Below are positions 56,591 to 64,000 of a stretch of 64,000 nucleotides of DNA, in pieces. How positions within the stretch are numbered: the stretch's first letter is position 1; every line of letters begins with the position of its first letter. Position numbers and translations under genes: made by a program. The DNA comes from the human T2T-CHM13v2.0 reference genome, Homo sapiens: NCBI GenBank assembly GCA_009914755.4, contig CP068257.2, positions 17,440,001 through 17,504,000 on the forward strand. Direction: 5' to 3'. Below the pieces are notes generated by a model. It ran no database searches. It saw only the letters and a program-made list of their open reading frames with translations, and had not been told where the DNA came from.

Positions 56591-59089
56591 TAAACTGGGT
56601 TGTTAATAAAATTCCTGAAAAAAAATGAATCAAATTTTCATCAGGACAGTGAAATTAACATATTTATCATAATCTTTGCCAAATTAAAAATAATAGGACT
56701 TATATTGGGGGCCAAGGTCATCTACTTTATAGTGCTTGAGTATTTTTTGTGCTTATGGCCTCTCTATATATGGAGGAAGCATATTTTCTTAAATTTATTA
56801 AGTTCTTCTCTATGGTACATAACAATCTTCATTATTCTAAAGTTTTATTTTTCTGAATCCTAAAAGATTGAGTCTCCTAAACAAATCATTAACTATTTGC
56901 ATATTTACCCAACCAAGGCGATCTGAGCTGCCAGCTCAGTAGTAACATATTCTCTAGGCTCCAGTGAGCGGGATCCAATGGTAATGGCAGAGTAATCTAA
57001 ATTTCAGATTTGGCATACGAGATACATACATTAACCCTTCAAATAACTGCCAAAGTAATAGGCAAAACTATGACCTATGCCAGCCTCTACCACTTCTAAA
57101 ATGGTATGACAAAACCATACCTACCCAAGTGTTTTATGAAAAATAAAATAAGACACTGGTCACAACATTATAAGAAATTTAAACTGCATTGTTTAACTTA
57201 ATAATATTTTATTATGATGATGCAGATTAGCAATGAATGTAATACGCATATAAGCAATTAAGAATCAGTTATAGAGTTAACAATTATGTGATTATGATGT
57301 TAACCTATATCAATTAGCTAGTCCATTTAAAAACATATTTGCAGATTTTCATATATTTTACTTAACCTTAAAAGTCATGGTTAGAGATAATTTCCCCAAA
57401 TTATTGAATTATCTAATCAATGTGATATTCTCCAATATTTGGTAGATAAAACACTACTGGTGGTCTTCAGGGTTTAGCTATCTTATTCTTGCCTAGAATT
57501 TTAAAGATATAATTAGTCATATAAATAAAATGTTTTGATTTTCTTTTGTATACATAAGCAGTGACTGTAGGATATCAAAAGCAGGTATGTAAAAGCAATT
57601 GTTAATATTTCCTAATATTATGGATATTGATTATAATGTCACCACTACAGGGTTTTACTTCATTGGAAATTAATAGATTGTGAAATATAAAGATTACTTA
57701 TCATTCTGAATTCAGTGTGCATCAGAATGACTGTTTTAGTAAGACATTCTTTTAAAATAAATCAGGAGGTGAATCTTTTGGTGATGTTGAAGAAAAATTA
57801 TTTAATTATACTTGTTAAAGCACAGAAAGGAAGACTTTATTCAGGACCATCATGATGTAGGCACCATTGCAATGGGATTTTGCGGTTGGGGAGAGACTGG
57901 GCTCAACTCTGAATACAGCATGAGAAAATGAGAATTTATAGCCAAGGAGCAGGGTGGGGATCAGTGGATAGAAAGTTACTAAGAGGAAACATCAGGGGTA
58001 AGATGGAATGTAACTAAACCGACCTAACAGTATTTTTGCTGAAGACAGGCCAGAACAATCAGATATCAGCTGGGGAATTGAAGAGAATGAGGAACCCAGT
58101 CAGATCATGAGGGTGATCAGATATTAAAGGTGAGGGCTGATGCTTGTTAAACTGACTTGTAATTTTGCTAAAACAAGATTTTACAAGAAAGTGCATAGAT
58201 GGTGCTAAGAGATGGTTCTGCAGCATGACTAATGTTTGGTCACGCAGAGTCTTTGTAGTGGCAAATTCTCAGAGAAATATTTTTAGCGGTACTGTTATTT
58301 GAAAAGGGTGATGGCTAAAAGGCTTGTTGGATGAGGCAATTTTCAGTGGTCCTTGAGCATCCCAGCAGTAACTGTGCAGTAACTGTGTTACACTGCAAGG
58401 TTTGTCTGTCTCCTGAAACTGACCAGTCTCTGCATTTAGTCACATAGGTGATGAAGTATTCAAAGCGACCGAAGTATAAATACCTTATAATTGCTCCTCC
58501 CTTCGTACTGGCTTGCTTGTTGCTTGTGAAAATATTTGTTGCTTGCTATGATGCTTGGTCCTTGCGTAAAAAGTGCTAGGCCTTGGAACTGCATTTCTCA
58601 CCTGCAGCACAGCCCACTGTATGCCTAATATCCATCTGGGCTGGTGGTATCTCCTTGGAGACATGGAGGTAAGGTCTTTGCTTATGCTCCTGATGTACAC
58701 AGTTCTTTGAATAATAAACTATCTGGCCCTGGTCCATTGAGTTTCATTGTCCACTTTCCACGGAATAACCATGCTTTTATAGCAAGCCAACCTGCTTTCA
58801 TGCCTAGTTACATGTTTTGTAGTTTTGTTGTGCTTTGGTATCTTCCAGAAGATTGGGGTCCTTCCTTGACAACTCTTCTGGATATTTTTTCTCTTCTGCG
58901 AACAATTCATTTTTTTACTATCTTTAAATCTTAATTACTATTTAGTAATTAAATGTAATTATCTTGCATCAGATATGTTCCATTTCAAAATTAATTTTAG
59001 AAAAAATATTTACCACAAACTGGTGAAAATTTGGCTTGTTATCCCTGTTAACATTGATTTTTACATTTAATTTAATTTACTTTTTAAAT

Positions 59090-60880
59090 TTTTTTTCCTT
59101 TTTAACTTTTATTTTAGAATCATGGGATACATGTGCAGGTTTGTTAAAAAGGTTTATTGCATAATGCTGAGGTTTAGGGTGTGATTGAACCTGTCACCAA
59201 GTGTATTAGTCCATTTTCACACTGCTAAAAACAACTACCTGAGACTGGGTAATTTACAAAGAAAAGAGGTTTAATTGACTCACATTTCTGCATTGCTGGG
59301 AGGCCTCAGGAAACTCACAATCATGGTGGAAGGCGACGGGGAAGCACATCTTACATGGCAGTGGGAGAGAGAGAGAGTGAAGGGGGAAGTGCCACACTTT
59401 TAAACCATCAGATCTTGTGAGAACTCACTCACTATCATGAGAACAGCAGGGGGAAAATCTGCTCCCATGATTTCATCACCTCCCACGAGGTCCCTCCCCT
59501 GACATGTGGAGATTACAATTTAACATGAGATTTGAGTGGGGAAAGAGCCAAACCATATCATCCAGGTAGTGAGCATAGTACCTAATAGGTAGTTTTCCAG
59601 CCCTTGTATCCCTCCCTTCATCCCCAGTCTAATAGTCCCCTGTGTCTATTGTTCCTATGTTTATGTCCATGAGTATCCAATGTTTATCTCCCACTTATAA
59701 ATGAGAACATGTGGTACATGGTTTTCTGTTTCTGCATTAGTTCGCTTACGATAATGGCCTCCAAATGCATCCATGTTGCTGCAAAAGACATAATTTTGTG
59801 TATTTGTATGGCCACATAGTATATGTACCATATTTTCTTTATCCAGTCCACCATTGCTGGGCACCTGAGTCGATTTCATCATTTTGCTATTTTACATAGT
59901 GCTGAGATGAACATACGGGTGCAAATGTCCTTTTGGTAGAATAATTTATCCTCCTATGGGTATATACTTAGTAATGGGATTGCTGGGTCAAATGGTCAAC
60001 TACCATTTTTTAAGAAATCTCCAAACTGCTCTCCTCAATGGCTGGAATAATTCACATTTCCACCAATAGTGTATAAGTGTCCCATTTTCTCTGCAGCTTT
60101 GCCAATATCTGTTTTTTTTTTTTAATTATTTTTTACTTTTTAACAAACACTCTTCTGACTGGTGTGAGGTGGTATCCCATTGTGGTTTTGATTTGCATTT
60201 TTCTGATGATTAGTGATGATCAGCGCTTTTTTATGTTTGTTGGCCACTTATATGTCTTCTTTTGAGAATTGTCTTTTCATATTCTTTACCCACTTTTTAA
60301 TAAGGTTATTTGGTTTTTATTCACTAATTTGTTTAAGTTCTTTATGGGTTCTGGATTTTAGACCTTTGTTGGATGCATAGCTGGTGAATATTTTCTCCAA
60401 TTTGGTAGGTTGTCTGCATACTTCCTTGATAGTTTTTCTCGATGTGAAAAAGCTCTTTAGTTTAATTAGGTCCCATTTATAAATTTTCATTCTGTTGAAA
60501 TTGCTTTTGAGAACTTAGCCATAAATTCTTTGTAAAGGCCAATATCAAGAAGACTGTTTCCTAGGTTTTCTTCTTTTACAGTTTGGGGTTTTAAGTCTCT
60601 AATCCATCTTGAGTTAATGTACATGGTGATAAGTAGAAGTCTAATTTCCTTCTTCCTCCTATGGCTAGTAAGTTATCCCAGTAACATTTATTTAGTAGGG
60701 AGGCTTTTCCTGTTTGCTTATTTTTGTCAAGGTTTTCAAAGATCAGATGGTCGTAGGTATGTGGCTTCATTTCTTGGTCCTCTATTCTGTTCCATTGGTC
60801 TATGTGCCTATTTTTATACTAGTACCATGCTGTATTTGTTGCTGTATCCTTGTAGTATAGTTTGAAGTCAGGTATTGTGA
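59090..60880 (-). mobile_element. Older primate L1 (L1PA-old/L1PB-like) 3' portion, antisense, interrupted by a THE1 LTR
   Basis: Poly-T, then 'tttagaatcatgggatacatgtgcaggtttgttaaaaaggtttattgcataatgctgaggtttagggtgtgattgaacctgtcaccaagt' (the antisense 3' terminus). The L1 resumes at 59571 ('...tccctcccttcatccccagtctaatagtcccc...atgagaacatgtggtacatggttttctgtttctgcattagttcgcttacgataatggcctccaaatgcatccatgttgctgcaaaagacataattttgtgtatttgtatggccacatagtatatgtaccatattttctttatccagtcc...actggtgtgaggtggtatcccattgtggttttgatttgcatttttctgatgattagtgatgatcagcgc...') and runs to about 60880. ORFs 59661..59882, 60077..60265 and 60617..60865 lie inside it. Confidence 0.8.
59207..59570 (-). mobile_element. THE1-family MaLR solo LTR, full length, nested in the L1 3' UTR
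   Basis: 'gtattagtccattttcacactgctaaaaacaactacctgagactgggtaatttacaaagaaaagaggtttaattgactcacatttctgcattgctgggaggcctcaggaaactcacaatcatggtggaaggcgacggggaagcacatcttacatggcagtgggagagagagagagtgaagggggaagtgccacacttttaaaccatcagatcttgtgagaactcactcactatcatgagaacagcagggggaaaatctgctcccatgatttcatcacctcccacgaggtccctcccctgacatgtggagattacaatttaacatgagatttgagtggggaaagagccaaaccatatca' is the reverse complement of a complete THE1 LTR. Confidence 0.85.
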
Positions 60881-62137
60881 TGCCTCCACAACATTGATTT
60901 TAATACTCAAGTAATGTTGTCAGACAAGCCACTGTCCTTTACGTTAGAGAAAAAAGAAATAATGATTCTCTAAACCATAGCATAAAATGTGGAAATTTGT
61001 GTTTTAGCCACTAACTAGGACTGGAATTCTGTAACACTCTGAAAATTTACATTTTTCTTCATCTTAGTTTTCTCAAGAGGTTGTTTACAGCCTTCAAGTT
61101 TTAAAATGACAAGTACCATGTGTCAGGTGCTGTGTTTATACATTGCACTGTGAGCATCAGAATGAGTAGGACTCATTGCAAAACTTAGTATTTTTAGAAT
61201 CTATAGAATCTCTAAGAAATGTCAATTTAATAATTTTAAACTTTATAAATATCATCATTGTCTTATAATCTGTTGTGTGGTATTTATTTCTCCTACTGAT
61301 ATTAATCAAATGCTGATTATGTGCTGGGCATTGTGCAACGTGCTTAGGAGCCAGCTGTCACTGATATCAACACAGTGCTTCATCTCATGGAGCTTCCTGT
61401 TTTATGGAAAGGGACATTTTTAAGACAAACACACACCACTGTACTTCATGAAATGGAAGAACAGAGGGATTTAGAAACATAATGGGGACGCCAAATAATT
61501 GGATTTTCAATATATTAAAAGTGTTTATTATGTACCCATAGAATGTGTTCCTTTTGGGTTCATCTTCTGTCTAGAACAGATGTTTTTGCTATCATTTCAC
61601 AAAATAATGATTTGCTACAATCAGTTGATATGCAGATGTTGCTCTTTTTAAAAGATTGCTATTTTGATTTTACTCTTTTCATTTTACATTTCCCTGATAG
61701 TATCTTCAAAAGGGTTAAAAAATTGGTATCACAAGGAGACAATTATCTATGGGTTTCTTACATTTTTGTATGTCTTGTAAGGAAAATAACTAACTGCTTT
61801 GTTCTGACCTATCTTTTCAAGGATGTCTGTATAGCAAACAGCCTTGGATGATCTAGTGTCCACCTCGACCCCACCCCACCTCACTTCAGAGCAAACCCTG
61901 GATTTTTAAAATGTTAAAGGATAAAGTACCTTTCTCTGGAGCAAGTGGCATGCATGCATTCATTGGTCTCTCTGGAGCAAGTTTGGCAGGATATGCATCC
62001 CAAAATACACCATTTTGGTATAGAGATTCTTTTGAGCTTTAGCACTTGAAAAACAGCAGATACAAGAAAGACATTGTAATTTCCTTCATCATAAAAACCT
62101 GAGATGAAAACTCCTCTTATAAATGATGTCCTCCCTA

Positions 62138-62475
<338 letters not shown>

Positions 62476-63334
62476 TCAAAGAGAAATCAGAGCTAAGAAA
62501 ATTCTGTATAAACAGACTGTTAAAGTAATTATTATATTCCTTTAGCCTGTTGTGGAAAATTCAGTTACTTTTTCACAATTCTCCCTTTTGTTCAACCTAA
62601 TATAAAAGCATTTAGGTTTTGCTAGTTCTTTGAGTCTTTATTTCATTATGATGGTTCCCATGTCATATAAACTTATATTCAATTTGTATGCTTTTCTTCT
62701 GTTAATCTATCTTATGTCAATTTAATTTTTAGGCTCAGTCAGGGTCCCAAGAAGTTAAAAGTAAAATTTGCCTCCCCTGTCTATGCATACTACCCTGCAT
62801 TAAAAATGTGGATTTTGTAAACTTCGTGTTTCTCTTCTATAATATAATCCACTTTGTGGGTGGGTGTCACTTGTTCTTTTTGCCTCAGCTGGTGAAAATT
62901 GAAATGCAAATGCTAATATTCTGGTTATTGGTGTTGGAGTGAGTAATAAACTATTATTTGTTTCTAATAAAGATTGTACATATCTGAAACTATGGCAAGC
63001 TAACTTATTAATTTGCAAATAGGGTAAAAAATTTAGATACTTTACAGTTTTTAATATCATATCAGAGCCATTGGGGATTGCAAACACAGATGGGACATTT
63101 TTACATGTGATATTATCAATCATGTTGATCAAAGGAATAGAGAGGAATAACCAGGTTAAGCAATGCTGATCTAGAAGTTTTAAATATAAGTCACAATTAT
63201 ACTTCCATTTTCTCCAAAATGCTAAGAGATATATATGCTATATGCATTAGAATTTGAGACAAGATTCTAAAAGATTCTAAAACATTTTTTTCCAATTTTA
63301 TTTGTCCTTACTCTTTGCCTTCACCATTGTGCTT

Positions 63335-63500
63335 TTTGTTTTGTTTTGTTTTGAGATGGAGTCTCACTTTGTCACCCATTGCCCAGGCTGGAGAGCAATG
63401 GCAAGATCATAACTCACTGCAGCCTTGAACTCTTGAGCTCAAGTGAGCCTCCTGCCTCAGCATCCTGAGTAGCTGGTAGTACAGGACAGATATGTGTCAC
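63335..63500 (-). mobile_element. Partial Alu or free Alu monomer-like fragment, antisense
   Basis: 'ttttgttttgttttgagatggagtctcactttgtcacccattgcccaggctggagagcaatggcaagatcataactcactgcagccttgaactcttgagctcaagtgagcctcctgcctcagcatcctgagtagctggtagtacagg'. Only the right-arm-equivalent half is present. Confidence 0.7.
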
Positions 63501-64000
63501 CATGCAGAGCATCTCATGCTTCCTTTTCATTCACGGAGATAAGGACCCTCATACAATTGGACCTCGTTGGAGGAGTGTATGTGTGTGTCTGGCCGTGAGG
63601 GTAGATCCATATCCTTACACTTTTTTAACCAACTATTTTTGTTACAAATATAAATGGTTAAAAATACTTAGAGTTTTCATACTTCTCTGCCAAGCCATTG
63701 GGTCTCTTGTATCTGCATAAGGGCCCGCTGAGGATGGATCCCAGTAGAATAGATTACACAACTTTCATACAAACTTTAACCAGAGTAACTTTGCCTTTCT
63801 TCATGTTACGTGTTGTATTTTTAAAAACACAAGAAAAGAGCTCTTCAGATAATAGAAATTTACAAACCACTGTTCCTTCAAAATTCAAAAGCTCACTTTA
63901 TTGAGTGAAGCCAATATGTTTATAAGGCTTTATCTGTTATTAATCTGATGACACTAGTAATCCCGTACATATGTATTCATTTCTTAAATTTAGAGACTAT

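Overview
This window is primate (human-type) nuclear DNA, not a prokaryotic or phage locus. I found no novel biological system in it. It is AT-rich and gene-poor, with many Alu SINEs carrying poly-A tails and target-site duplications, L1 LINE fragments, a large number of ERVL-MaLR LTRs (THE1/MST/MLT1 types), one HERV-K LTR5 solo LTR, ERV class-I solo LTRs, Tigger-type DNA-transposon remnants and several microsatellites. I could not support any protein-coding exon, CpG island, tRNA, rRNA or CRISPR array. Almost every ORF in the six-frame track lies inside a repeat and is a chance frame or, for L1 ORF2, a relic. The most informative structures are a young L1PA insertion with a 5' inversion (twin priming) flanked by a 16-17 bp target-site duplication (one mismatch) at ~26.0-27.3 kb, an older L1 3' end interrupted by later insertions at 24.0-25.4 kb, a THE1 LTR inserted into an L1 3' UTR at 59.1-60.9 kb, and four young AluY copies with near-perfect target-site duplications. 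Subfamily names and element boundaries are approximate. They come from reading the sequence against remembered consensus motifs, not from a RepeatMasker or Dfam run.
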